Shown piece by piece: positions 35,178-44,719 of a stretch of DNA of 64,000 nt (the stretch's first letter is position 1; each line of letters opens with the position of its first letter). The notes beneath the pieces were generated by a model that saw nothing but the letters and a program-made list of their open reading frames with translations, was not told the DNA's origin and searched no databases. Location of the stretch: assembly GCA_050184115.1 (NCBI GenBank), contig JBFXAQ010000014.1:30925-94924 (forward strand), written 5' to 3'. Position numbers and translations under genes: made by a program. This DNA is from Gammaproteobacteria bacterium. GTDB lineage: Bacteria; Pseudomonadota; Gammaproteobacteria; Ga0077536.

Positions 35178-35337
35178 CGTCGTACTCCTCGTGGAGAGCA
35201 GTGTGTTGGATCAATGGACCGAGTCAGGAACAGTGCGCACCGTGGTGATCGGTGGACGTGAGACCGGTGGCACGGAATAAGTTCGACACCTGCGACGCCG
35301 GATGAAGCGCTTCGGAACCGTCCTACGCGACGCCCGC

Positions 35338-36780
35338 TCAACTGCGCCAGAAAGCCGGATGCAACAGCACCAGCAGGGTGAAGAACTCGAGTCGCCCGAG
35401 CAGCATGGCGAAGCTGTAGAGCACCTTCAGCCACGGTGCGACGGTGGCGAAGCTCAGGCTCGTGGTACCGAGCCCGGGACCGAGGTTGTTCAGCGTCGTG
35501 GCGGTGGCGCCGAAGGCGGACACCTGGTCCAGGCCGCCGATCATGCCGAAAGTCATCAGGAGCACGAAGACGAGCACGTAGAGGGCGAAGAAGCCCCACA
35601 CCGCATCGGTGACCTTGTCGGGAACGGTGCGCTCGTCGTGCTTGAGCGGGCGCACCAGGTTGGGATGGACGAGCCGTTCGATCTGCAGCGCACAGTTACG
35701 CGCGAGGACGACGAAGCGAATGACCTTGATGCCGCCGGCGGTCGATCCCGCGCAACCGCCGATGCAGCTGACGTAGATGAGGAGTGTCGGCAGCACGTTC
35801 GGCCACTGGGTGAAATCCTCGTCCATGAAGCCGGTGCTGGTGATCACCGTGACGACGGCAAAGGCCGCCGCGCGCCAGGCTTCGAAGCCGGCGAGATGGT
35901 CGTAACCGCGGACCAGGGCGGCGGTCAGGGCGACGGTGAGGATGACGACGACGAGAAAGGCGAGGGTCTCGCCGTGGCGGCGGTAGGGCGCAATGGAGCG
36001 TTGGTGTAGCGCCATGTAGTGCAACGTGAACGGAATCGAGCCGAGCAGCATGAAGATGATGGCGATGCTCTCGATGGCATCGCTGTGGAAGTAGGCGAAG
36101 CTGGCGTCGTGGGTCGAGAAGCCGCCGGTGGAGAGCGTCGACATCGCGTGGCAGACGGCATCGAAGGGCGACATGCCCGCGGCCAGGTAGGCCAGCGCGC
36201 AGACCAGGGTGAGGCCGGCATAGATGCCCCACAGGTGCTGCGCGGTCTTGCCGATGCGCGGCGTCAGCTTGTCGTCCTTCATCGGGCCGCTGGCCTCGGC
36301 GCGCAGGAGCTGCATGCCGCCGACGCCGATCATGGGCAGGATGGCGACGGCCGAGACGATCATGCCGATGCCACCGAGCCACTGCAGCTGGCTGCGGTAA
36401 TAGAGTATGGAGATCGGCATGCGATCGAGTTCCGCCAGCACGGTCGCGCCAGTGGTGGTGAAGCCGGAGACCGCCTCGAACAACGCGTCCTCGAGGGCGA
36501 CGTCGAGGAGGGCGTAGAACGGCAGCGCGCTCAACAGCGACAGCAGCACCCAGAACAGGGCGACGACGACGAAGCCGTCGCGCGCGCGCAGACGTTGGAT
36601 GGCACGGCGCTCGGGCCACCACAGGGCATAGCCCGCCGCTGCCGCGGTGGCGGCGAAGCCGGCCCAGGTGGCGCTGCGCGTCTCTTGGTCGCTGAAGGAG
36701 ATCAGCAACACCGGCAGCAGCGAGGCGGCGAACATCAGCAGCAGCAGCCCGGCCAGTTGTTGCAGTTGAGGACGTCCCAT
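35338..36780 (-). CDS. trkH: TrkH/KtrB-family potassium uptake protein
   Basis: Polytopic membrane protein with repeated selectivity-filter-like TTGF/STGG motifs (SGFTTTGATV, MSTLSTGGFS, TSTGFM, TTLNNLGPG). Start MGRPQLQQ with GGAGGAACG RBS. Confidence 0.8.
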   Translation of the reverse strand: MGRPQLQQLAGLLLLMFAASLLPVLLISFSDQETRSATWAGFAATAAAAGYALWWPERRAIQRLRARDGFVVVALFWVLLSLLSALPFYALLDVALEDALFEAVSGFTTTGATVLAELDRMPISILYYRSQLQWLGGIGMIVSAVAILPMIGVGGMQLLRAEASGPMKDDKLTPRIGKTAQHLWGIYAGLTLVCALAYLAAGMSPFDAVCHAMSTLSTGGFSTHDASFAYFHSDAIESIAIIFMLLGSIPFTLHYMALHQRSIAPYRRHGETLAFLVVVILTVALTAALVRGYDHLAGFEAWRAAAFAVVTVITSTGFMDEDFTQWPNVLPTLLIYVSCIGGCAGSTAGGIKVIRFVVLARNCALQIERLVHPNLVRPLKHDERTVPDKVTDAVWGFFALYVLVFVLLMTFGMIGGLDQVSAFGATATTLNNLGPGLGTTSLSFATVAPWLKVLYSFAMLLGRLEFFTLLVLLHPAFWRS

Positions 36781-37074
36781 GGCGTTCCTCCAGTTTGACC
36801 GGGACGCAGTATCGGTGCGCGCCGCGGCGTTCACACGTAAAGATCGCGTAAGGCTTTTATGGAATTTTTATGTGCGCCGGGGCTAGGCTTGCGCTGCAAT
36901 GCCTAGCCATGAACCTCATACGGATGCTCGCCGACAGCCTCATCCGCGCGCCCCGCAGCGTCGGTATGGGCCACCTGTCGGTGTCCTGCGCCAACGGCGT
37001 GCCCGCGGATACGCGTGTGGGCGGGCGCGACGGCGCAGTCCGCCTCACCGCCGGCTGCGCCCGATTGCCGCCGC

Positions 37075-38493
37075 ATGCTGAGCGAACGTTTCCCGTGGGG
37101 CATCGAGCGCGCGCGCCGGCCGTGGCGGCTGGTCGCCCTCTGTCTCGTCGTCGCCATCGCACTCGCCTACCTCATCGAAGGCTGGCTGCCGCACGCCAAT
37201 CTGTCGTTGATCTTCCTCGTCGCCGTTCTGGCGGTGGCGGGCAACACCGGCTTCGCGCCTGCCGTCGGCACCGCGGTGCTGGCCTTCGTCGCCTACAACT
37301 TCCTCTTCACCGCTCCGGCCCACACCCTGCGGGTCCACAGCACCGACGAGCTGGCCACGCTCGGCTTCTTCCTCATCGCCGGCCTGCTCGTCGCTGCGCT
37401 CGGCGCGCGCATGCGCCGCTACGTCACGGTGGCGGCTGAACACGCCGCGCGGGCCGAGGATCTCGGCGCGCTGAGTCGCCGTCTCGGCGCGGTGGCCGAT
37501 GCCGATGCGGTCGCGACGGCCCTGGTCGAGGGTATTGCCATGGTCACCGGGCACACCGCGCAGGTGCTGTACGGCGAGCGTTCGCCGGCTGCCGTGGCGG
37601 CGGGCTGGAGCGAGCTCGAGCTGGCGACGGAGGCCGAGCGCTTCGGTCACGTGCGCGTTGATTCGAGCGACGCGGCCGTCGTCGACACCGTACGCGGCCT
37701 GTGCGCGCAGGCGGCGGTGGTGCTCGAGCGCATCCACCTCGTCGCGGCGCTCGACGAAGCGCGCATCGAGACCGAGACCGAACGTCTGCGCGGCGCGCTG
37801 TTGTCCTCGGTGTCGCACGATCTGCGCACGCCGCTGGCCTCGATCATCGGCGCCACCACGAGCTTGCGCGAACTCGGCCCCGCGCTCAGCGCAACCGCGC
37901 GCGCGGACCTCCTCGACATGGTGGTGAGCGAGGCCGAACGTCTCAACCGCTACATCCAGAACCTGCTCGACATGACCCGTCTCGGCCAGGGTGCGTTGAG
38001 TCTCAAGCGCGATTGGACCGACGTCGACGACATCGTCGCCAGTGCGCTTGCCCGCCTGGGCGGCCTGCTGCGCGGCGTCGATGTCGCGCTCGACCTCGCG
38101 CCCGGTCTGCCGCTGCTCAGGATCCACGGCGCGCTGGTCGAGCAGGCCCTGGTCAACGTGCTGGAGAACGCCGCCAGGCATTCGCCGCCGCGCGGCACGG
38201 TGACGCTGGCCGCGCACGTGGTCGACGATGAGCTGCGCATCGAGGTCAGCGACGGCGGTCCGGGCATACCGCCGGCCGAACGGGAACGCGTGTTCGAGTC
38301 GTTCTACACGGCCCAGCGTGGCGACGGCGGTGCCGAGGGTACCGGCCTCGGGCTCGCCATCGCGCGCGGTTTCATCGGCGCCCATGGCGGCAGCATCGTG
38401 GCGCTCGATGGTCCGGGCGGGGTCGGCAGCACTTTCCGTATCAGCCTGCCGCTGCCCGAAGCCGCGCCGGATCTCCGTGACGGTGCCGAGTGA
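37075..38493 (+). CDS. Sensor histidine kinase, short KdpD-like (TM + GAF-like + HisKA + HATPase; lacks N-terminal KdpD/Usp domains)
   Basis: HisKA H-box LSSVSHDLRTPLASI. N/G1/G2 boxes (NVLENAARHS, DGGPGI, GTGLGL). N-terminal 3-4 TM helices resemble the KdpD membrane anchor. Confidence 0.7.
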   Translation: MLSERFPWGIERARRPWRLVALCLVVAIALAYLIEGWLPHANLSLIFLVAVLAVAGNTGFAPAVGTAVLAFVAYNFLFTAPAHTLRVHSTDELATLGFFLIAGLLVAALGARMRRYVTVAAEHAARAEDLGALSRRLGAVADADAVATALVEGIAMVTGHTAQVLYGERSPAAVAAGWSELELATEAERFGHVRVDSSDAAVVDTVRGLCAQAAVVLERIHLVAALDEARIETETERLRGALLSSVSHDLRTPLASIIGATTSLRELGPALSATARADLLDMVVSEAERLNRYIQNLLDMTRLGQGALSLKRDWTDVDDIVASALARLGGLLRGVDVALDLAPGLPLLRIHGALVEQALVNVLENAARHSPPRGTVTLAAHVVDDELRIEVSDGGPGIPPAERERVFESFYTAQRGDGGAEGTGLGLAIARGFIGAHGGSIVALDGPGGVGSTFRISLPLPEAAPDLRDGAE

Positions 38494-38494
38494 G

Positions 38495-39181
38495 ATGAGC
38501 GCGCGCATCCTGGTCGTGGACGACGAGGCGCAGATCCGCAAGTTCCTGCGCATCAGTCTCGAGGCCGCCGGCTATGCCATCGACGAGGCGCGTACCGGGA
38601 CCGAGGCCCTGGAATCGTGCAATGCCGCGCCGCCCGATCTCGTGGTACTCGATCTCGGTCTGCCGGACCTCGACGGCGTCGAGGTCATCGCACGGCTGCG
38701 CGAGTGGTCGCGGGTACCGATCCTGGTGCTCTCGGTGCGCTCGCTGGAGGCACAGAAGGTCACCGCGCTCGACGTTGGCGCCAACGACTACCTGACCAAG
38801 CCGTTCGGCATCTCGGAACTGATGGCGCGCTGCCGCGTGCTGCTACGCGACCAACCCGCCGGCGAGGACGAGCCGGTCATCCGTAGTGGCGCCCTGACCA
38901 TCGACCGGCGCAGCCGCCGCGTGAGTCTCGGCAACGAGGTCGTGCACCTGTCGCCGAAGGAATACGCCTTGCTCAACCTGCTCGCCGAACACCGCGGCCG
39001 CATCGTCACCCACCAGCAGCTGCTGCGCGCTATCTGGGGCGAGCGCCACGTCGACGACACCCACTACCTGCGCGTGCTCGTCGGCCACCTGCGCCAGAAG
39101 CTCGACGACGACCCGGCGCATCCTCGCTACGTCGTCACCGAGCAGGGCGTCGGCTATCGCTTCGGCGAGGACGGCGGCTGA
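38495..39181 (+). CDS. OmpR-family response regulator (KdpE-like)
   Basis: REC domain (ILVVDDE...DLVVLDLGLPDLDG) plus winged-helix trans_reg_C (YLRVLVGHLRQKLDDDP...VGYRF). ATG 1 nt after the HK stop. Confidence 0.85.
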   Translation: MSARILVVDDEAQIRKFLRISLEAAGYAIDEARTGTEALESCNAAPPDLVVLDLGLPDLDGVEVIARLREWSRVPILVLSVRSLEAQKVTALDVGANDYLTKPFGISELMARCRVLLRDQPAGEDEPVIRSGALTIDRRSRRVSLGNEVVHLSPKEYALLNLLAEHRGRIVTHQQLLRAIWGERHVDDTHYLRVLVGHLRQKLDDDPAHPRYVVTEQGVGYRFGEDGG

Positions 39182-39205
39182 TCCGCCGCCCCTTACCAGC
39201 GGCCC

Positions 39206-39281
39206 GCAATGGGGACAGTATACTTTTGCCCATGGCTTCGCCGCGGCCGCGCGTGTGCGAAAAGTATACTGTCCCCATTGC
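39206..39281. repeat. REPIN (inverted REP doublet) GCAATGGGGACAGTATACTTTTGC ... GCGAAAAGTATACTGTCCCCATTGC
   Basis: Two ~24-nt inverted copies separated by ~27 nt, immediately upstream of the RAYT gene. A third REP copy lies at 39966-39990 overlapping the RAYT stop. Confidence 0.75.
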
Positions 39282-39321
39282 TACGCGTTCGTAGCGTCGA
39301 TGAAGCACAGGAGGTGCTGCC

Positions 39322-39969
39322 ATGGCCAGGATGGCCCGACTCGTCGTTCCCGGCGTTCCGCATCACGTCACGCAGCGCGGCGGTCGCCGCCAGCAGGTCT
39401 TCTTCGGCGACGAGGACTACGCACATTACTTGCGCCTCATGGCGCGCTTCTCGGTCAAGGCCGGCACCGCCGTCGTGGCGTATTGCCTGATGCCTAACCA
39501 CGTTCACCTGATCATGGTCCCCGGCGACGAGGAAGGCCTGCGTGCGGCGTTGGGCGAGGCGCATCGGCGCTACGCACGCGACATCAACCAGCGTGAGGGT
39601 TGGCGGGGCCACCTGTGGCAGGAACGCTTCTATTCCACACCCATGGACGAGTGGCACCTCGCCCATGCGGTGGGTTACGTCGAGAGCAACCCGATGCGCG
39701 GCGGCTTGTGCAGTGATGCCTGCGCGTGGCCGTGGTCGAGCGCGCGGGCACGTGCCGATGGTAGCCAGGATGTCCTGCTGGATCTGCTGCCCGGACACGT
39801 TGCACAGTCCTGGCGCGAGCTGCGTGCAGCGCCTACCGACGCTGCTGTCGACACGCGCATCGCGCGCTGTACGCGCACCGGCCGTCCGCTAGGCGATGCG
39901 GCCTTCGTTGTGCGGCTGGAACAACTGAGCGGGCGGCGCCTGCGTCCGTGCCGGCGTCGCCCGGGCTGA
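39322..39969 (+). CDS. REP-associated tyrosine transposase (RAYT; IS200-like Y1 HuH transposase)
   Basis: HuH motif PNHVHLIM. Typical RAYT N-terminus (PHHVTQRG...). Conserved Y in the C-terminal half. Confidence 0.75.
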   Translation: MARMARLVVPGVPHHVTQRGGRRQQVFFGDEDYAHYLRLMARFSVKAGTAVVAYCLMPNHVHLIMVPGDEEGLRAALGEAHRRYARDINQREGWRGHLWQERFYSTPMDEWHLAHAVGYVESNPMRGGLCSDACAWPWSSARARADGSQDVLLDLLPGHVAQSWRELRAAPTDAAVDTRIARCTRTGRPLGDAAFVVRLEQLSGRRLRPCRRRPG

Positions 39970-39986
39970 AAAGTATACTGTCCCCG

Positions 39987-41393
39987 TTATAGGGCCCCCG
40001 CCGCGCGCAGCGCTTCCTGGCGCGCCTTCGCCATGTTGTAGGTACGCGCCATCATGATGCGCTGGGCCTTGAGCCCGCCGCCGGCCTGCAGCGCGGTCAC
40101 CAGGTACCAGCCGCCGAGCGCGTCGGCGGTCATGTCGCGGATGAGGTTGAACACCCGCATGCGCTGCTCGACGTCGGTGCCGGGCTTGGCCGCCATGTAC
40201 TTGCGCAGGTAGGCGCCCGCTTCCGGGTGACGGAGGTCCGCCTCCTCCGGCAGCGTGATCACGAGCCCGCCGGCGACGTCGTGCAGGTGTTTCACCATGC
40301 TGTGGAAGTTCGAGGCGTAGTAGTACTTCGTCACGTTGATGCCGAGGATGTTGGGATGCAGCATGCCGTCGGCGGTCGTCTCGTAGTTGGCGCAGGCATG
40401 GTCGATGCCCATGCGGATCATCTCGGCGTAGCAGATGAGTTCCGAGATGGCGTCCTGCACGTGCGGGTCGCGCTCCTTGCCCTGGGCCTCGGTGACGAGG
40501 TCGGCCAGGCCCACCATCAGTTCCGCTTCGTACGCCGCCATCACCAGCCCGAGCGTGCGTTCCCACAGGCCGAGCGAGGCGGCGAAGGCGCCGGCCATCT
40601 GCCACTCGCCGGCGAGGAAGACGCGGTCCCAGGGCACGAAGACGTCGTCGAAGACGACGAAGCCCTCGGGCATGGAGTGATGCGCGCTGGCCGGGTAGTC
40701 GAAGGCGTTGAGTTCGGCCGGGGCGAAACTGCGCGCGATGATCTTGACCCCCGGCGTGTTGACCGGGATGGAGAAGGCGACGGCGTAGTCGGCCTCGTCC
40801 TCGCGCATCGACTTGGTCGGCATGACGACGAGTTCGTGCACCAGCGGTGCGCCGGTGATGTGCAGCTTGGCGCCGCGTACCACGATGCCGTCGGCACGGC
40901 GCTCGACGATGCGCACGTAGAGGTCGGGATCGAGCTGCTCGTGGGCCTTCTTCGAGCGGTCGCCCTTGGCGTCGGTGATGACCTCGGCGGCGCGCAGGTC
41001 GTTGTCGCGCGCGTAGCGGTACATGTTCTCGATGTTCTGCGCGAACTGCGGGTTGATGGCGGCGAGGCGGTCCTTGATCTGCAGCAGCGCCATGTAGACC
41101 CCGGTCACGCCGCCGACGATCGACATCTGCCGCCCGAGCGCGAGGCGCTTGTGCAACTCCTCGATGGTGCGCGGCACCTGGTAGACGCGGTGGGCGAGCG
41201 TGCCGTCCTCGGTCTCGTAGGTGATGAGGTCGCGGATCTCGGGGTCGTCGTAGGCGTAGTCGCTACTGGCGACTTCGAGCGGCACCTGGAAGCGTGGGTG
41301 CGAGGTGACGTCCGTGATCTTCTCGCCGCCCCAGTAGATGACGCGTCCGTCATTGAGCGAGGCACGGTATTCGGCAGCGGTCTTGAGACCCAT
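39987..41393 (-). CDS. 4-hydroxyphenylacetate 3-monooxygenase oxygenase-component (HpaB) family flavin-dependent monooxygenase
   Basis: 468 aa. HpaB/4-HB-CoA-dehydratase family. Few Cys, which argues against the Fe-S AbfD-like members. RBS AGGAGAAC before MGLKTAAEYRASL. Confidence 0.65.
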   Translation of the reverse strand: MGLKTAAEYRASLNDGRVIYWGGEKITDVTSHPRFQVPLEVASSDYAYDDPEIRDLITYETEDGTLAHRVYQVPRTIEELHKRLALGRQMSIVGGVTGVYMALLQIKDRLAAINPQFAQNIENMYRYARDNDLRAAEVITDAKGDRSKKAHEQLDPDLYVRIVERRADGIVVRGAKLHITGAPLVHELVVMPTKSMREDEADYAVAFSIPVNTPGVKIIARSFAPAELNAFDYPASAHHSMPEGFVVFDDVFVPWDRVFLAGEWQMAGAFAASLGLWERTLGLVMAAYEAELMVGLADLVTEAQGKERDPHVQDAISELICYAEMIRMGIDHACANYETTADGMLHPNILGINVTKYYYASNFHSMVKHLHDVAGGLVITLPEEADLRHPEAGAYLRKYMAAKPGTDVEQRMRVFNLIRDMTADALGGWYLVTALQAGGGLKAQRIMMARTYNMAKARQEALRAAGAL

Positions 41394-41698
41394 GGGCAAG
41401 TTCTCCTGGTTGTCGGCGGGGAGCGCGGTCGGTGGCGCGAAGCAACGCAGTCGCCGGTGGTACGCCAGCACGTGCGCCAACCAGGGTCGCGTTTACGCCG
41501 GGTCACGGCTTTCCCACTTCGGAGCTCCCCGGAACCGAAGCGCGCAACGGCGAAAGCGGCGGCCCATCACAAAGTGAGCGCAGCGCCGGCGAAGTGACGA
41601 TATTTTACTTCCGGGTGGTACGCAAAAGGCTTAGGGTCGCCGGGCTGTCGGCCGCTGCGGGCGGTGTGCAGCGCCCCTCAAGGTCCCTGGAGTCCGAG

Positions 41699-42526
41699 AT
41701 GTCACGCCCCGTCCTGCATTCCGCGCTCGCCGCCCTCGCGCTCGTTCTCGGCGTGGTCGACGCCAGCCCGGCCATGGTCGTCACCGTCGGTGGCTACCAC
41801 GACTGGACGCTGGTCGAGGATCCGCCGCACCCGGGCATGTCGGCGAACGTCGACAGTGCGCTCCAGGTCAGCCTGGGCGCGAACGGTGCGGTCCCGGCCG
41901 GGGTCGACATCGGCTACCAGAGCGTCGACGGGGCGACGGTCGGAGCGTCCACCGGGGGGTGGTATTTCTCGCCGTCGAGTGATTTCAGTCTGGCTGTCGA
42001 CTATGCGGTGTCGGGCAGCAACCCGCTCGGCATCACCGCCATCGGTTTCGGCTTCGGTGAGGACGGCGACGGCGCCAATTCCGGCGGCGCGGTGCTGACC
42101 TTCAACAATGGTTCCGCGCTGGGATTCGGCGGTGCCGCGCGTACCAACGACGTCTCCACGCTCGCGCCGATCCTCGGCGCGGCACTCGCCAGCAGCGGCC
42201 GGCTGTTCGTCGGCTACGAAGCGGCCAGCGGCAACGTTTCCTACGGTTACAGCGCGACCCCGGGCAGTTTCGCGCCGGACGTCAGCGGAACGTTCAGCGG
42301 CCTGCAGAACGGCTGGACGGACAGCGACCTCCTGGTCTCGCTCTTCCTGCGCAGCGACGCGCTGCCGCCCTTCTTCGGCCCGCTGCAAGCGGGCAGCTTC
42401 GGCGTGACCTTCGGCCCGGTGGAAGTCCTTGCCGGGACACCGGCCGCGGTGCCGCTACCGGCAGCGGCCTGGCTGCTGTTCCCGGTACTGGCCGGCCTCG
42501 CACGGCGGCGCCGGCGGGCGGCGTGA
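41699..42526 (+). CDS. PEP-CTERM (exosortase-sorted) secreted protein
   Basis: N-terminal signal peptide MSRPVLHSALAALALVLGVVDA. C-terminus VPLPAAAWLLFPVLAGLARRRRRAA is a PEP-CTERM-like tripartite tail. Confidence 0.65.
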   Translation: MSRPVLHSALAALALVLGVVDASPAMVVTVGGYHDWTLVEDPPHPGMSANVDSALQVSLGANGAVPAGVDIGYQSVDGATVGASTGGWYFSPSSDFSLAVDYAVSGSNPLGITAIGFGFGEDGDGANSGGAVLTFNNGSALGFGGAARTNDVSTLAPILGAALASSGRLFVGYEAASGNVSYGYSATPGSFAPDVSGTFSGLQNGWTDSDLLVSLFLRSDALPPFFGPLQAGSFGVTFGPVEVLAGTPAAVPLPAAAWLLFPVLAGLARRRRRAA

Positions 42527-42535
42527 AGCGCCGGC

Positions 42536-44191
42536 TCAGCGCGCGGCGCTGAAGCCCCGCGCCCGTTCGCGCAGCACGAACTTCTGGATCTTGCCGCTCG
42601 GCGTGCGCGGGAAGTCGTCGACCAGTTCGAGCCGCTCCGGCAGGTATTGTCGCGTCAGCTTCGCCTGCAGCAGGTAGTCGACGAGACCGTCGAAGTCGAG
42701 CTGGCCACCGGCCTTGAGGCTGACGAAAGCGCAGGCGCGCTCGCCCAGGCGCGCATCCGGCATCGCCACCACCGCGGCGTCCTGCACGGCCGGGTGGCGA
42801 TAGAGCAATTCCTCCACTTCGACCACCGGGATGTTCTCGCCGCCCCGGATGATGATGTCCTTGGAGCGGCCCGTGATGCGGATGTAGCCGTCGTCGTCCA
42901 TGCGCGCGTTGTCGCCGGTCTCGAACCAGCCGTCCCCGTCGACCTCGTAGGCCTCGGGACGCTTGAGGTAGCCGACGAAGAGGGTCGCGGACTGCGCCTG
43001 CAAGCGGCCCTCGGTCCCGTTCGGCACCACCGCGCCGTGCTCGTCGACGATGCGCACGGCATGACCGGGCAGGGCGCGGCCGTCGGTCTCGAAGACCTTC
43101 TCCGCCGGGTCGCCGGGATAGGTCGCGGTCGAGATGCCCATCTCGGTCATGCCCCAGGCGCTCATCATGTACATGTTGGGCAGCGCGCGTGCGGCATCGT
43201 GCACCAGCACGCGCGGGATCGGCGCGCCGGCGCAGAGGAACAGGCGCAGGCTCGCCAATGCCTCGCCGTGGCTGGCCGCGGCCTGCACCAGGTCGCTGAC
43301 GAACGGCGTTGCACCCAGGGTCAGCGTGCAGCCCTCCTCACCGATGATGCGTGCCGCGGCGAGCGCGTCCCACTGGTCGAGCAGTACGAGCTTGGTGTGG
43401 TTGCGGATGGAGAACACCACGCCGTACATGAAGCCGGTCTGGTGCGCGACCGGCGAGCCCATGAAAACGGCATCGCGCTCGGTGAACGAGAACAGCTCGG
43501 TGGCGAGGAGCGCCTTGCAGTAGAGCGTGTTGGCCGTATGCATCACGCCCTTGGGTTGGCCGGTGGTGCCCGAGGTGTACATGATCTCGGTGACGTCGTC
43601 CGGTGCCGGTCGGCGTTCGGCGAGCAGTACCTCCACATCGGGCGCTTGTTCGTGCGGAATGTCGAGTAGGACGCGTTCGAAGGAGGTCGCCGGATCATTA
43701 CCGCCGATCACGAGCACATGGCGGAGTAGCGGCAGCTTCGACCGCAGGCCTGCCATCATCCTTGGGTAGTCGAAGCCGCGGAACTCGCGCGGCACGATCA
43801 TCACCTTCGACTCGGCGTGGCCGAGCATGAATTCGAGTTCGCGTTCACGGAAGATCGGCATCAGCGGGTTGATCACCGCGCCGATGCGCACGCAGGCGGC
43901 GTGGATGGCGGCGTATTGCCACCAACTCGGCAGCTGCACGGCGACGACGTCGCCCTTGGCGACACCGAGCGCGGCGAGACCGGCGGCGAGACGCAGCGAA
44001 TGATCGCGTAGCTGGCTGTAGGTGAGCTCGTTGCGCCGCCCGCTCATCGAGTTGTGGTCGACGATGGCGATACGCGTCGGGTCGGCCACCGCAACCTCGT
44101 CGAGATCGTCGATCAGCAGGCGGTCCGGCCACAGCCCGGCGGCGCGCATGCGCGCCGCACGTGCGGCCGGCAGGATCGGATCGGTCGCCAT
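42536..44191 (-). CDS. AMP-dependent acyl-CoA synthetase/ligase
   Basis: AMP-binding motifs YTSGTTGQPKGV and TGD...GRSKDII, C-terminal ...PRTPSGKIQKF. Confidence 0.85.
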   Translation of the reverse strand: MATDPILPAARAARMRAAGLWPDRLLIDDLDEVAVADPTRIAIVDHNSMSGRRNELTYSQLRDHSLRLAAGLAALGVAKGDVVAVQLPSWWQYAAIHAACVRIGAVINPLMPIFRERELEFMLGHAESKVMIVPREFRGFDYPRMMAGLRSKLPLLRHVLVIGGNDPATSFERVLLDIPHEQAPDVEVLLAERRPAPDDVTEIMYTSGTTGQPKGVMHTANTLYCKALLATELFSFTERDAVFMGSPVAHQTGFMYGVVFSIRNHTKLVLLDQWDALAAARIIGEEGCTLTLGATPFVSDLVQAAASHGEALASLRLFLCAGAPIPRVLVHDAARALPNMYMMSAWGMTEMGISTATYPGDPAEKVFETDGRALPGHAVRIVDEHGAVVPNGTEGRLQAQSATLFVGYLKRPEAYEVDGDGWFETGDNARMDDDGYIRITGRSKDIIIRGGENIPVVEVEELLYRHPAVQDAAVVAMPDARLGERACAFVSLKAGGQLDFDGLVDYLLQAKLTRQYLPERLELVDDFPRTPSGKIQKFVLRERARGFSAAR

Positions 44192-44354
44192 CGCCAGACT
44201 CTCCCCTCGTTGGCGGCGCCACCTCGCGCGGCGCGTCGGGGGGGAGTATAAGCCGGGGCTGCCGTGGAACGAGGTCGTGGCCGGCCGCGGGGCGTCGAGC
44301 GTGCCGGGCCGCGCGGGTGACGTTCAGCGCGGTGGCGCCGCGCCACCGATGGCG

Positions 44355-44633
44355 TCAGTGCATGCGCATACCTCCTTCGGCCGCCGAGCGTTCGTGGCCG
44401 CCGGCCGGCAGGTGGGCAAGCACGTGCTGCCAGGTCATCAGCGCGCGGTGATAGACGTTGTGACCGCAGGGCGCACGGAAGCGATCAGGATGCTCGGCGA
44501 GCAGGCCGAGCAGGCGCACCACCACCCCGGCGAGCTGTGGCGTGGGGTTCAGCACGAACTCGCTCATGGCGCGGATGGAACTCGCGTGCAGGGCCGTGAC
44601 GGGGACGGGGGTATCGGCATCTTCGGAAGGCAT
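44355..44633 (-). CDS. Small hypothetical protein (92 aa)
   Basis: ORF between the flavoprotein gene and the acyl-CoA synthetase gene on the same strand. No recognisable family. Confidence 0.25.
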   Translation of the reverse strand: MPSEDADTPVPVTALHASSIRAMSEFVLNPTPQLAGVVVRLLGLLAEHPDRFRAPCGHNVYHRALMTWQHVLAHLPAGGHERSAAEGGMRMH

Positions 44634-44719
44634 CGGCAGGTGCTCCTCGTGAATCGAGGTTGCACTTTAATGAGAATGATTCTCAATATCAAGAAATTCG
44701 ACCGCCGCCGTGTCTCCGC

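Larger units (their letters stand above)
39206..39990 (+). mobile_element. REP-associated tyrosine transposase (RAYT) locus with flanking REP sequences
   Basis: An IS200/IS605-like HuH-Y1 transposase gene is flanked by the REP/REPIN copies at 39206-39281 and 39966-39990. Confidence 0.65.
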
